Assembly: GCA_052327205.1 (NCBI GenBank)
Contig: CM126202.1
Span: 376,464,001-376,528,000 of the forward strand
From: Somniosus microcephalus
Lineage: Eukaryota
Length of the DNA stretch: 64,000 bases
Reading direction: 5' to 3'
The translations under genes were made by a program, and so were the position numbers. Shown piece after piece: positions 38,421 to 51,800 of the stretch; the first letter of the stretch is position 1; every line of letters begins with the position of its first letter. Under the pieces are notes generated by a model. It saw only the letters and a program-made list of their open reading frames with translations. It ran no database searches and was not told the origin of the DNA.

Positions 38421-39126
38421 GGGGCAGAAATTCGGTGGTTTAGCACCTCCCGTTAGTGCTCCCAGGGGGCGATAACAGGGCACTAATGACTTACGGCCTG
38501 GGCGCGGGCGCGATGAACGACTCCCGTGAACTTCGGTGCGAGATTTGCAGTGCCGGTAATACTTTGCACCATGATCTCCTTTGCCCGGAGGTTGTGACAT
38601 CATTGCTGTACACATCACCCTGGTGGCACCCCGGACCCGAACTTCGGATCCGCCCCCTACAGCAGCACTGGGCGATGACACCGACAGTTGCAGGAGGCGT
38701 TGATCGGGAGGCCGGGTGCTTCGGGGGTGAAAGTTAAAGGGAAGGTTGCCGAGGTAAGTACCTAAATTTCCGAAATGTTTTTGGTCAATTTTTTTTACTT
38801 CTCCTGGTCCACGATCGATCAGCCCGGCAGTCTGCTGGAGTGCATGGGGCTGATCGACCCGGATTGCAGCCACCATTGGGGACCAGCTAACTGGTCCCAA
38901 TGCAGAGCCTGCAGCAATGGCCCTTCCCTTTAAAGGAGGGAAGGAGCCTCGGAACGTGACAGCGCTGCACAACTACCGCCCCACCTGCGTCCTTTAGCAC
39001 TCCACTTCCTTCCTGGTGTGCTAAACCCAATTTGGTGAAAGCTGGGAATCATTAGCGCCTGGCACTAAGTTTCCCAGCTTTCAAAAGTTACCGCCCCCAA
39101 ATGGGGTGATAATGAATTTCTCCCCC
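38421..39126. mobile_element. Harbinger-type MITE
   Basis: TIRs GGGGCAGAAATTC / GAATTTCTCCCCC with flanks TAT/TTT. Homologous to the 2601 element. Confidence 0.8.
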
Positions 39127-39282
39127 TTTTATTTTTTAATTTAAGAAACCAAAGATAAAGTTCCGTGTTGACAATGCCAGCCTGTCACGTTAAGGCTAAA
39201 AATGACTAAATCGCAGTTGAGGAAGCAGTACTGCCGGGATATTATGCCGCCAATCTTCCTTGCCTAGATCTGCTATCAGAGG

Positions 39283-39340
39283 AAATAAAAACAGAAAATG
39301 CTGCAAACAAGTCAGCATGTCAGGCGACAGCATTGGGGGC
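39283..39340. mobile_element. Possible Penelope-like terminal remnant
   Basis: AAATAAAAACAGAAAATGCTG...TCAGCATGTCAGGC resembles the pseudo-LTR of shark Penelope elements. Short and degenerate. Confidence 0.35.
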
Positions 39341-39803
39341 AACACAGGAGATGACATCTTGAGTGTGGCCCCTTTGCCAAATGGAAGACATTACAGATGA
39401 ACACCATGTAACAAGCAACAGAACAAATGGAAGAGGGAGGGGAAACACACATACACACACATGACAAAAGAAATAGAATTAACTGTAAAGTGGAACACGG
39501 CAGATGGTTAAATAGGAGAAGTGATACTGAAATGAGAAGGCATAATGAGAGAAATTAAAGTCAATTATGAGTAGCTGGGAGGTGCAGGATAAGGCAGGTA
39601 GAAAGGTGTTGGATTGCAAAAATAGGCCTGTGAACCAAAGCCTGAATCCTCTAGCCTTTAAATATATTAACCAAAGCTGTAGGGAGGGCTGTAGTACTAG
39701 AAATCATATTCAAAGGATATTTAGCTTCACGTATTAGGAAATATATATAAAACGTACATGTAGCATTTAGGTAGCTGTGAAGCATGATGGGATATTTGAC
39801 CAT

Positions 39804-41297
39804 TGTAAGATTCGAAATTTTCAGTAATTAATCACGCAAGAAAATAGGGTTAATAAGACAGTTTATTGACCAAAAGAGGCTTGTACAGAAAAACCTTTGA
39901 TAAAAGGGCATACAAAATGGCCGCCGGACCTCGTGATCAGTTTCTGGGACCATTTGATTTCTGTTACTGCAAGCCAGACAGGCTTGTGGATTGAGGACAG
40001 TAAGCCCGCGAAAGCCAGTATCGGGGAACCGAAACTCATGGAACTGAGCATACATACTAATTAGATTCTAAGTACAGGACAGTTTTGGGTAACAGGAGGA
40101 GGCCCATCAAGAAATGGGTGGACAATTGAATGAACACTTAAACCCATTTACTGTACAAAGGAAAACCGTTTAACAGCCATCAAGGGCAATCTCCAGACTG
40201 ATCAATATACGAACCGAGTTACGGTGACAAAGTAAAAAACATTATCGGCCCAGGAAGGCCAGTTAAGCTATCACCGGCTCCCGTTACAAAGACAAAGCGC
40301 CCCTGCAGAGATTTCTGCCCGCCAAAAATATTACAAAGACTGGACTATGATTTGGCGGGAGATAAGACTGTCCCAAAAAGGTATAACTGGATTGAAAGGT
40401 CCATCAGGATGCTACGCTTCACTTCACGATTCACTTCGGTACGCTTCGTAGCTTGGCTTCACGCTTCGCTTCAGAACTTCTACGACTCTTCGGTTAAGGC
40501 AGCACTTCGGTTTCGGAACGTGGTCGGTGTTCGGCCAGGCAAGGCTCAGCCACGATGGGAAGACGACGAGGGTGGCCCGGGTACTTTTGTCGGGAGATCA
40601 TCGATGACCCAGGCCGAAGAAGAAGACACCCTCAGAAGGACAATCATTATGACTGTATAAGAGGACACTCAGGGCCCGGCACTCCAGCGTCTCAACATCA
40701 CATCGGTAATGGACTCACCCATGTGCATCCAGTTCTTAAAGTCACGTCGGTAACGGATTCATCCGTGGCGAGCGCTCACCAAGGCTGTTTCGGCAGCCTC
40801 ATCGCGGGAGAACCAAGAGGAAAACAAGCTGCGCCAGAAGTTTCCAAATCCACGTGACGACGGAAAGCTGTGCCAAAAAGGCTGCGAACCCCCTTTTCGC
40901 GAATCTGAAAGTGGTGAGCATGATCCCGAGTTCCTCAAGTCGAAACTTAGTTTAGGTCTAGGGGAGGGGGTTAAGGGTAATCGTAATGTGTTTCCCCTTT
41001 TACGATGTGCCGTGTGTTCCCCATTTCCATAGAGTTAAGTTTATAGATATGTGCATGCTTGTAGTTACTTTAATCTGTGCTTATGACATGTATTTTATAA
41101 TGCTGCAAACTGTTTAATAATAAAAGCATCCATTTCGTGCTATTCAACCTGGTCTATTGAGTTTTTCTCTGCACTACAGTTCCCTGCACCTAAGTCCAAG
41201 GTCTAGAACCGTAGGGAAGAGTGGGTCGAACCACTCAAGGGTAATTATTGCACGAAGCCTGGTAGGAGACCAGAACGAGCAAGAGAAACCCCCTACA
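39804..41297 (+). mobile_element. Long solo LTR (1494 bp)
   Basis: TGTAAG...CCCCCTACA termini, TSD CCAT, TATA-like at about 40381, AATAAA at about 41118. Shares terminal motifs with the 21945 LTR. Confidence 0.85.
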
Positions 41298-41357
41298 CCA
41301 TCATATTAACCCTCTTTAACTTAGTACTGTAGAAAAAGCATATTTACGGGATTCTTA

Positions 41358-42198
41358 GGGCTGGATTTTCATTCAGAAGTCGGGAAGGAGGCGGGACTAT
41401 AACTTTTGGGTTGTAGGCCCGCCTCCATCGAGATGCAGCCAATCCACGTGATTTTAACTTGATTGAGCTTGTTGAGCCCGCCCAGCGGGCTCAGCAGGCC
41501 AATTAAGGGCCACCCGGCAACAGGTGACGTCACAGACTGAAATTTCATCTGTCAAGATGTGTTGACAGATGAAATATCAGTGTTTCACAGCTGTTTGAAG
41601 CTGTCAAACACTGACAGTCTTACTTTTAACCTGAGTCCTTCTATGCAGACTCAGTTAGAAATCTCACCGGCACTGAAAGCTGCAGACTGTCACTTTTGAC
41701 AAATCGCAGCCATTCTGCTTTCTGTGCCGGCTGAATGATGGACTCCCGAAACCTAGAGGAAGGAAGGCTGTAAAGATATGTACAGGTAATTTAAACATCT
41801 TTACACACTTTAGACACACCAAACACAGTTAACTTTGCACTCATGCACCCATCACTCACCTGAACACTGACATCTCGACCCCTCCAAGTCCTTCAACCCG
41901 ACGGCCCAACTCCTCTAACTTGGCGTGGTTTGGAGTCTTCGGGAATCCCACATGACAACCTTCAAAATAGGGATTGGGCTAAAAACTGCCTGTTAACTAC
42001 CTGTTAACAGGCAGTTAATTGGCACTAATCCCTTCCCGCCTCGGGTCGGCGGGTCCCAGTGTGGGGCAGGTACCCGCCTCCTTTGAAACTTACATGGAGG
42101 CGGGTTTTGGGCGGGATGGTGTCGGGACCCCGAATTCAGGAATTTAACCCTCCGCAAGCCTCCAATCCTGACTCCACGGCACACTGAAAATCGACCCC
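41358..42198. mobile_element. Harbinger-type MITE
   Basis: TIRs GGGCTGGATTTTCA / TGAAAATCGACCCC and TSD TTA. Confidence 0.85.
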
Positions 42199-42417
42199 TT
42201 AGTCTATGTCTTTGTTGTTATCAGTGTTACAGAAGCAGTGTTTAATGCAGCTGGCCTTCTGAGAGATAAGGGAAACTGAACTTCATAGGGAGTCGGCCAT
42301 TTCTATCTCTACCTCAAACACCTTATCTTCCTTTGTAATGTCTGCTCGCAACCAAAAGCGGACATTGTTTATCATCTCAAGAATTAAGCGACCTTGCTCA
42401 CAGAAGCTAGAAACTAG

Positions 42418-43347
42418 GGGGGAGAAATTGGGTATAGCCCCGTTTGTGGCGCTAGTTCTGGCGAAGCGCAAAGCCTAGCGCCAGTTGCGATTTAGTGCCA
42501 CCTGGCACGATATTGGGTCGTTGCGCCCCTGAGGGTGATTGCGGCGCTAAATCAGGTGCTGCACGAGGCTCTTAATGCGCTAACCCGGGGGCGCAACCCA
42601 ATTTAGCGGCGGCGGGGCGCAGCACAGGTGCTTTCAATAATCACTTTCCCTGAGACACACTGGCGCCGGCCAGCTTTTAAAGGGGCAGGTCAATTGGCAT
42701 CACCAGACACACTCACTGCCTTGTAGGCCTTCAAAGCGGTGGGAGCCTACCTGCGGTGCACCAGCCTAGCAAGAAATGGAAAGAGTGAGGCAGAGGGTGG
42801 AATGCCTCACTGATGGGGCATTGGATGCTTTGGTTGGCGCAGTGGAATCAAGGCCAAGGAAGATGGTCGGAATGTGATTTATGTTTTGGACAGTCTCCCG
42901 GGTGTGAGAGCCAGTTATGTGTCAGTGTATTAGTTTTGCTTTCTGTTGCCATAGCTTTCTCATGTTTGAAGGAACCACGTTTTGTGTAATGAAACACTTT
43001 CTTCATTTACAATGGCCATGCCTTCTATTTACATGCATCTTACCCTTCACAGGCTTGGGGGTATCAGACCGGTTCCATTCCTGTTCTTGGAATGGCAGCA
43101 AGCATTCCATGAGAGGGGCCTAGAAGCAACTTCTGATCAGCCTCTGACGTGCAGCCTGAGAAGAGCCGCTCGCGCAGAAGTTCAGGCCAGCAGTCATCAT
43201 TTCAGCCACCGACAGAGATGTCCTGCACCTTATCTGAGGCTGCAGATCTGGCTAGGCACCTTGCGCCCACCCGGAAATTGGCTAACGCCCCACTTCTCGG
43301 CCTCTTTAGGCGTTAATCGGTGGCGCAACCAACCGAATTTCTCCCCC
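42418..43347 (+). mobile_element. Harbinger deletion derivative (MITE)
   Basis: Perfect TIR GGGGGAGAAATT and TSD TAG. Retains the Myb-like N-terminus MERVRQRVECLTDGALDALVGAVESR at about 42776. Confidence 0.88.
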
Positions 43348-43665
43348 TAGATGTTTTGCTGTATGTCAGAACACATCAGGGCGGCTACCGACATTGAGTG
43401 ACTAATCATGCCAACCAATAAGGGAGTAACGGTAGTGACGCCGTTTGTATGTGTACGCCTACTTTTGCAACCTAATGGGCATTACCTATCGAAAGGTATA
43501 TCCAGGCTTGTAGATTGTATTTCGTTGAGAGATAGGTGCGAGTCTGAGGAGGCTCCCTCCTCTCCCTTGTGCACAAGGCCTTCTGGCCGTTTTCTAATAA
43601 ACTTTAACTTTGTCAGCAGTTCCGTCTCTCTGTCTGGTTTTACTCCAAAATTCGGATCTAACAGT

Positions 43666-43683
43666 TGGTGTCAGAAGTGGGAT
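43666..43683 (+). promoter_or_regulatory. Primer-binding site, tRNA-Leu(CAA)
   Basis: TGGTGTCAGAAGTGGGAT is the 18-nt complement of the vertebrate tRNA-Leu(CAA) 3' end, separated from the LTR terminal CA by 2 nt. Confidence 0.85.
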
Positions 43684-44552
43684 ACTGGATTGCAGGCTGC
43701 AGATAGGATGTAGCTTGGTCCACGATGGAGGGCAGCGCCGAGACTGGAGTCTCAGTAAAGGTCTCGGTAAGAGACGGTTGAGTCAGGTTTGTCCTGTGTA
43801 ACTTGAAGCAGGAGTGGACCCAAAAATAAAGGGCCCCTGGTCAAGTCCCTCGAGAGCGAGTCGCACTCGCCACAGAAGCACCTGCCACAGTATTAAAATT
43901 ATCCACGTAGTTAAATTACTCCTCACGGAGACCACGGATTGACGGAATTGACTAGACCTGCATGTGTATTTCAAATTTAGTGTATAAGCTGATTTAGAGT
44001 ATAAGGTGTCACGTTTGTGCGGATTAAAGTATAAGATTAAAGTGAAGTAATTTAAAGCATAAGCTAGAGCATAAGGATATATGTAATAATTAGACATGAG
44101 TGACGAGGGGAAATCCCTTTCACCGGACATTCCGGCTATGGCCACCAGTGTCACTGTTGTAAAAATGGGTCCAAGAGGCAAATTTGAAATATCAAAGTGA
44201 AATGATTAAGAATGGGTGGAAAGAAACAAGTCCGTTAGTTGATCAAATTGTTAAGGCCATGGAAGCCCAACAAAAAAAGACCCCACATCCTATGTGCCAC
44301 CCCCCCCCCGAATATAACTTATCTGCCCTTCAGCACCGCCTCAATCTGGGGCAACCTTGAGGTGGGTTGGAAAGTGTGCTCACCTACGAGCAGCAGATAT
44401 AACATGCTGGGAAAACAAGAGCGTGGGCAATAAACTTTTGATCTGATGGGTGCAAGGGCAAGTCTTAACTAATGGCAGATGCCTTTAGATGTTCTACTAC
44501 TGCAAATTCTGGCCTATTACCTGCTTTGGCTCAGCTTCCATTTTATCTGATT

Positions 44553-44620
44553 ATGCTTCTGTGAAGTGCCTTGGGTCACTTTTCTACATTAAAGGGGCTA
44601 TATAAGTACAAGTTGTTGTT
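44553..44620 (+). mobile_element. L2/SINE 3' tail fragment
   Basis: GTGAAGTGCCTTGGG...CTACATTAAAGGGGCTATATAAGTACAAG followed by (TTG)n. Confidence 0.6.
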
Positions 44621-45232
44621 GGGCTGAAGTATATTGTTAGGTCACAGTAGAAGGACTGTGCTATATTTGATCTTGGAATGCTTGATGCAGACATTGGGTT
44701 ATTTAAAGAGAACATCTGTCACCTTGATGAGCACAAAAAAATTAAAGAAAAAATAAATTTCTTGTGCATCTTTAATAGCAAAACACATATCTAGACTTCC
44801 CTGTAGTGACCAGTGGGTACAACTTGTCCAGGTCATCTGGTTCCAAAAGTACCTGTTATTATAGGGTCAATATGGATTTAGTATCAGGTTGGGAATGATG
44901 ACAGTTTTTTCTTGGACTCTATTCATTAGAGCCAAATGTAAAAACAATGAAGCATATTGGTCTATCTGATTGTCTACTGGTTTCTTTTTTGATGGCCAAA
45001 CACTCACACAGGGTTAAGGTCAATTATTGCTAGCTATTTCCTGCAAGCTGGATGAAGTTTACATTTCAATATGGCTAATAGTCACATCTCAAGGTAAGGC
45101 ATAAATTTGTTCTGGAAGTTATTGTTATTCATTGTTTGATCATTTGCATTATACCTGGAAGGGACCAGTCTAGCAGGGAATCCAAAGTACTTGGCACAGA
45201 TAAATGACTTAAATAATCTCATTTAATTCCAA

Positions 45233-47165
45233 AAAAGGGAAATCGTGTTTGAAAAATGTATTAGAGTTTTCGGAGGATGTAACTAGCAGGGTAGATAAAG
45301 GGGAACCAGTGGATGTAGTATATTTGAACTTTCAAAAGGCATTCGATAAGGTAGCACATAAAAGGTTGCAAAGCAAGATAAGGGCTCAAGGGGTTGGGGA
45401 AAATGTATTAGCATGGATGGAGGATTGGTTAACAGACAGAAAACAGAGAATAGGGAGAAACGGGTCAGGTTGGCAGGCTGTAACTAGTGGGGTGCTGCAA
45501 AGATCAGTGCTGGGGCCTCAGCTATTTACAATTTATATTAATGACTTGGATGAAAGGACCAAGTGTAATGTATCCAAGTTTGCTGACGATACAAAGCTAG
45601 GTGGGAAGGTAAGCTGTGAGGAAAACACAAAAAACATGCAAAGGGCTATAGACAGATTAAGTGAGTGGACAATAAGGTGGCAGATGCAGTATAATGTGAG
45701 GAAATGTGAGGTTATTCACTTTGGTAGGAAGAATAGGAAAACAGAATATTTTTTAAATAGTGAGAAACTATTAAATGTTGATGTTCAGAGAGATTTAGGT
45801 GTCCTCATACAAGAAACACAGAGAGTTAACAATAAGGTACAGCAAGCAATTCGGAAGGCAAATGGCATCTTGGCTTTTATTGCAAGGGGGTTGGAGTACA
45901 AGAGTAAAGGGGGGAAAAATTCAGTATCGACCCCTTTGGGGCGCCATTATCGGCCGTGCGCAAAGTTTAGCGCCTGACGCTAATTATTGCCTCCGACTGC
46001 AAACTTGGCTTCTATCGCCCCTGGAGGTGATTGGTGCGCTAAATCAGGTGCTTCACACCTGCCTTAAGGTGCAAAGGCCGAGGAGCGAGGCACTACCTCA
46101 GAGCGCTGGCGAAGCAAGGAAGGGCAAATCAAAATGAACCTGCAAAGTGCTTCTCAGTACCCAAAACTCCTTCACACAGCATTGAATCTCTCCAGAAGTT
46201 TCTCTCTCAGAATGCGTGGTGCAAAAATGTCACCAACAAAAAAAGGCAGGAAGCGGTCGCCTATAATAGTGCTCCCCCAGTCCCTTTCTGACTGCAAAAC
46301 ACTCCCCTCAACCTGTCGTTGCTAGCGGCAGGCGGTAAGGCAGGGGGTGTCACTCAATATCCGGTCCGGGACGCTACTGGGGCGTTGCGCACTCGACTGA
46401 TGTCACGATCTGCCGGCGCAGGAGGTCGTGGCGGTAGTGTTTAGCGCTACCACAAAATGTCTAGTTAATTTTGCGAGCGACGCAAACATCGCCGCGCCTG
46501 GGCACCAGTTGCTTTGCATCCCATTAGCGCCCTCTTAAGGCGCTAATGGGAAGCGCAGACAACTGAATTTTTTCCCCAAGAAGTCTTGCTACAATTGTAC
46601 AGGGCTTTGGTGAGACCACACCTGGAGTACTGGGCACAGTTTTGGTCTCCTTATCTAAGGAAGGATCTACTTACCGTAGAAGTGGTGGAATGAAGGCTCA
46701 CTAGATTGATTCCTGGGAGGAGAGGGTTGTCCTATGATGAGCGATTGTGTAGATTGGGCCTATACTCTCTGGAGTTTAGAAGAATGAGAGGTGATCTCAT
46801 TGAAACAGGGTAGATGCTGAGAGATGGTTTCCCCTGGCTGGAGATTCTATAACTAGAGGGCATAGTCTCAGGATTAGGGGTAGGCCATTTAAGACCGAGA
46901 TGAGGAGGAATTTCTTCACTCAGAGGGTTGTGAATCTTTGGAAATCTCTGCCTCAGAGGGTTATGGATGTTGAATCATTGAGTATATTCAAGATAATTAG
47001 AAAATTAGATTTTTGGGACTCCAGTGGAATCAAGGGATATGGGGATCAGGCGGGAAAGTGGACCCGAGGTCGAAGATCAGCCATGATATTATTGAATGGC
47101 GGAGCAGGCTCGAAGGCTGTAAGGCCTAGTCCTGCTCCTAATTCTTATTTTTTTATGTTCTTATG
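45233..47165 (+). mobile_element. CR1 (HER1-like) LINE, 5'-truncated
   Basis: YLNFQKAFDKV, SVLGPQLF, KFADDTKL, RRNFFTQRVV and a TTATGTTCTTATG tail. The frame EYKSK|EVLLQLY is split by a MITE. Confidence 0.92.
45910..46577. mobile_element. Harbinger-type MITE inside the CR1
   Basis: TIRs GGGGGAAAAATTCAGT / ACTGAATTTTTTCCCC. TSD AAG, confirmed by the restored CR1 frame. Confidence 0.9.
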
Positions 47166-48382
47166 TAGGCCTGTGTTGGGGAGATGGGGCCAATGATTCT
47201 ATACAGTTCCTGAGGACAGCTTTGTCGTCATGAGCTTCCGATTCTGGGCCTATATTTTGTTGCCTGTGCTCAGGGAGTCGGTGAGCAAATTCAGTGCCTC
47301 TGTGATAGTGTTTTGCTATGCAAGAAGGGAAAGATCATGTTTCAAGGATCCCTTTTATGTTGAGAAGTAGCATGGGAGAAGTGTCTTTGTTGTTCTTGAC
47401 ATTTTGATGAGAATGGTAAAGGTTTTAACTACTACAAACAAACCATATGTACCGACGGCAGTGCAGTGGTTTAGCGGCAGATGCACGTGTTGCCTTCTTT
47501 CTGGATGTCAGCAGGTCCACTCCCTCGCCATCCGCTCAACCAATACCAGCTATGGCACCAGAACGCCACCTGGGCCAGCCTGACGTGGGAGCAGCTGAAA
47601 TCCTGAAGTAGTAGCCGGCCTTCCTGATCCATATCAGCTCTGGAGTTAAAATGGCTGCCGGCGCATTTCTGGTGGGAATGGGGAGGCGTGTGGACTTGTA
47701 GTATTTTAACCACCCACCCATCCCAGGTGGGCTGATTTAAAATCGGGGTCACTGTTTTGATTTTTACAGTTTGAAATACTGGCTGACGAAATGTGGATTG
47801 TGCTTGCATTTCATTCCGTTTTAAATATGCAGTTTTACAATCGACTGAATAATATTCTTCCAGCTTTGGAGCAGTGGAAAAGATCTTTGGATGTACAAAC
47901 TGCAGTATGTGCATAACGCAATGCTCCAAAGAGTAAATCATTCAGTCCTCACTACTCTGCCATGGAATCAGCATAATTTTTTAATGTTAATCTTTTCTTT
48001 AGCATTCGGGTTTTGAGCCGAATTTCCCAGCAAGGTGGCAATTTTTCATTCTCCTGCAGGCCAGAAGGGCCTCATAAAAACCAACCTGAACTATTTCACT
48101 GCAGCGCCTGCCTGCACAGAGACAGGATCCTATCTATTTCTGTCATAAAATGCCACATTGGTGCTGCACTGTTAATTATGCTGCTAATTAATGGGACACG
48201 TTTAAAGCCTTTCCACTCCATCTCCCTGTGCTCATTAATGCCATTTATGAGTTATTTGTCCTCAGCTTATTGCTTCCACCAAGTCCTGGTGTTCGTTCAT
48301 GCTGATGTAATATGAGGATATGAAAACTCGTTTTATCACATTTTCTAGGGTGCATTTTTAAAACATACACTTCATTTTAATC

Positions 48383-48828
48383 CAGTTGCTGTGGCTCAGT
48401 GGGTAGCGCTCTCATCTCTGAGTCAGACGGTTGAGGGTTCAAATCCCGCTCCAGAGACTTGAGCGCAAAAATCTAGGCTGACACTCCAGGGAAGTGCTAC
48501 ACTGTCAGAGGTGCTGTCTTTTGGATGAGACGTTAAACCAAGGCCCTGTCTGCTCTCTCAGGTGCACATAAAAGATCCTATGGCACTATTTTGAAGAAAA
48601 GCAAGGGAGTTATCCCCGGTGCCCTGGCCAATATTTATACCTCAATCAACATAACAAGAACAGATTATCTGGTCATTATCACATTGCTGTTTGTGGGAGC
48701 TTGCTGTGTGAAAAAATGGCTGCCGTCATTCGTACATTACAACAGTGACTGCACTTCAAAAGTTATTCATTGGCACTTTGGGACGCCCAGTGGTCGTGAA
48801 AGGCGCTATATAAATGCAAGCCTTTCTT
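48383..48828 (+). mobile_element. tRNA-derived Deu-domain SINE (SacSINE1-like)
   Basis: A box TGGCTCAGTGGG, B box GGTTCAAATCC, Deu core (...CCTGGCCAATATTTAT...) and an L2-like tail GGCGCTATATAAATGCAAG. Confidence 0.85.
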
Positions 48829-48890
48829 AATTTTCTTTGTGGTTGTTAGGATTTTTTTTCTAGACGTCAGCAAGAAATATAGTCACCATT

Positions 48891-51800
48891 TGTGGTGATT
48901 ATTCTTTATGTTTAGTAAGAAGTATTGTGATTGGTTGTTTGTTTCCTGCCTTGGGATATATGTTGTAATCTCATTGGTAGTTGATGTCATGTGATTTGTG
49001 GTGGCCATCTTAAATTCAGTTCTTTCCAGCCTTTTGTTGGGACTGGGTGTTGAAGATGTGCTACAGGATTTTTAAGTTAATAAAGCCTAGATTAGAAAGG
49101 CAAATCTATTCTTTATTTCAATTTATTAACTTTATGTCAGAATGGAGCGATATCTTCAACCAGAACGATTCAATGCTGACCCTAATTCTGCAGGAGTGGA
49201 TGATAAATGGAAACACTAGTATTGTACATTTAAAAACTTTTTGGGCGTGTTGGATCAAGAGTCTCTAAATAAGCTGAATATGCTGATCAACTACATTGCT
49301 CCGGATGTGTATAAGTATATTTTGGACTGTAAAACTTACGAAGTGGCTATTTCTACATTGGAAAAGATTTTTGTTAAACCAAAGAATGAGGTATTTGCAC
49401 GTCACCTTCTATCTGCCCGTAGGCAGCAGGTGGGAGAATCTTTGGATACTTATTTACAAGCACTTCGGTGCCTTAGTGTTAACTGTAATTATAAGGCCAT
49501 GACGGCTGAAGAATATAAGGAAGAATCGGCACGGGATGCTTTTATTAATGGATTACTGTCTAGATCAATTAGTCAGCGGTTGTTAGAAAATAAGACTTTG
49601 GATCTTAAGAGTGCTTTTGAGCAAGCTTCTACATTGGATGTGGCTCAGAGAAGTTCGGATTCTTATGCTCTTTTTAATCGGCCTGTGACTGTGGTTTCGG
49701 CAGTTCCGGATGAAAAGGAATTATGTGGACTTAATAGGAGTGGTTTACTAGATTCTGAAACAGTTTCTACTTCAGCGGCTGTTGCCTCTAGGATTCAGAA
49801 GTGTTATTTTTGTGGGAACGTCCGGCACCCTCGTCTGAAGTGTCCTGCTCGGGAGGCTGTGTGTAGTAAATGCGGCAAGAGAGGTCATTACGCACGTGTG
49901 TGTAAATCATCAGGTTCAATTACCTCCTCTGTGACTATTCAGCCTTTAGATAGGGCGTTTATTGCATCAATTTCTGCTGCATTTGCTCATGGCCTAAACA
50001 AAGCTATAGTTACGGCCCAAGTTAATGGGTTGGAAGTGAAGGCCCTTATAGATACGGGCAGTACCGAGAGTTTTATAAGTCTTCAGTTTGCAAAGGAGAA
50101 GCATTTGAAAATTTTGCCTGTTTCCTATCAGGTGTGTATGGCTCAGACGACTCTCACTTCACAAGTAGCTGGTTGTTGCCTTGTGAAATTGATTCTTCTA
50201 GGTAATACGTATACTGATATATGCCTATCTGTTTTGCCTAATCTCTGTGCGGATATTTTGATTGGTCATGATGTGCTTCAGTTACACGAGTCTCTCAATC
50301 TTTCATTTGGAGGGACTAAGCCACCTTTATCTATTTGTGGATTAACCTCTTTATCCATTTCTCCATTATCACTTTTTTCCAATTTGATGCCAGATTGTAA
50401 GCCAATTGCTACCAAGTCAAGAAGGTATAGCAGTCAGGATAGAGAATTTATTAATTCTGAAGTTCAACGTCTCTTATTGGAAGGAATCATTGAACCTAGT
50501 TGTTCGCCTTGGCGGGCACAGGTAGTTGTCACGACTAACGAGAGACATAAGAAACGAATGGTGATAGACTATTCCCAAACTATTAATAGGTATACTCAAT
50601 TAGATGCGTACCCTTTGCCTAAGATTGATGAGCTTATCAATAAAGTATCTCAGTATAAGGTTTTTAGCACTATTGACCTAAAGAGTGCTTATCATCAGAT
50701 TCCTATTGTTAAGAAGGATCAACCATATACGGCCTTTGAGGCTGGTGGAAAGCTGTATCAGTTTTGCCGAATACCATTTGGTGTTACTAATGGTGTTGCT
50801 TGTTTTCAATGGGCAATGGATGCTTTTATAAGTGATAACTCTCTCTCTGACACCTTTTCATACTTAGATGACATCACGGTGTGTGGCAAATCAAGGGTGG
50901 AGCATGATTCTAATTTAGAAAGATTCCTTGAAGCTGCTGAAAAAGTTAGTTTAACTTTCAATAAAGAGAAGTGTACCTTTTCGACCACTGAGGTAAATCT
51001 ACTGGGGTATATTATCTCGGGAAACAAGATTAAACCAGACCCAGAATGTCTGCGACCATTGATTGATTTACCCTGTCCTACTAATTCTAAGGCTTTGCAA
51101 CGAGTTGTTGGACTGTTTTCTTACTATTCTAATTGGATTGCAATTTTTTCACAGAAGATCTGGCCTCTTATTCGGGTTACGACATATCCTCTATCATGGG
51201 AGGCCAGGACGTGTTTTGATAATTTTAAAAAGGATATCCTTGGAGCAGTTGTGCATTCTATTGATGAGCAGGTTCCTTTTGTGATTGAGACGGACGCTTC
51301 TGATTTTGCAATTGGGGCTACTCTGAACCAAAATGGAAGACCTGTGGCTTTTTTCTCACGTACCTTGAACAATAGTGAAAAAAGGCATTCTTCAATAGAG
51401 AAAGAGGCGTATGCAATAGTAGAAGCACTGCGTAAATGGAGACATAATTTATCTGGGTGACATTTTACGTTGGTAACTGATCAAAAGTCTGTGTCCTTTA
51501 TGTTTGATGTCAAACATTTTGGAAAGATTAAGAATGATAAAATAATGAGGTGGAGGATTGAGTTGGCATGTTACCATTTTGATATAGTTTATCGTCCGGG
51601 GAAGGATAATGTTGCTGCTGATGCGCTGTCGAGGGCTTATTGTTCTGTGATTCACGGAGATACGCTTATTAATCTTCACAATGCCTTATGCCATCCTGGG
51701 GTTACGAGGATGATACACTTCGTACGCAGTAAGAATTTGCCCTTTTCAGTTGAAGACGTCAAGCGGATGACTTCATCATGTTCTATCTGTGCTCAGTGTA

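Larger units (their letters stand above)
42225..44430 (+). mobile_element. ERV-like 5' LTR, PBS and leader/gag remnant (LTR interrupted by a MITE; start approximate)
   Basis: AATAAA at about 43595, LTR end CTAACA at 43663, then an 18-nt PBS. GATA-rich U3-like sequence lies upstream of the MITE. Confidence 0.6.

Noticed and set aside
48383-48455. tRNA gene
   Set aside because: It is the tRNA-derived head of a SINE and continues into the Deu core, with no proper acceptor stem or terminator.
48878-48902. Short inverted repeat across the Gypsy D left junction (ATAGTCACCA / TGGTGATTAT)
   Set aside because: Only 10 bp with a mismatch, which cannot be distinguished from chance.
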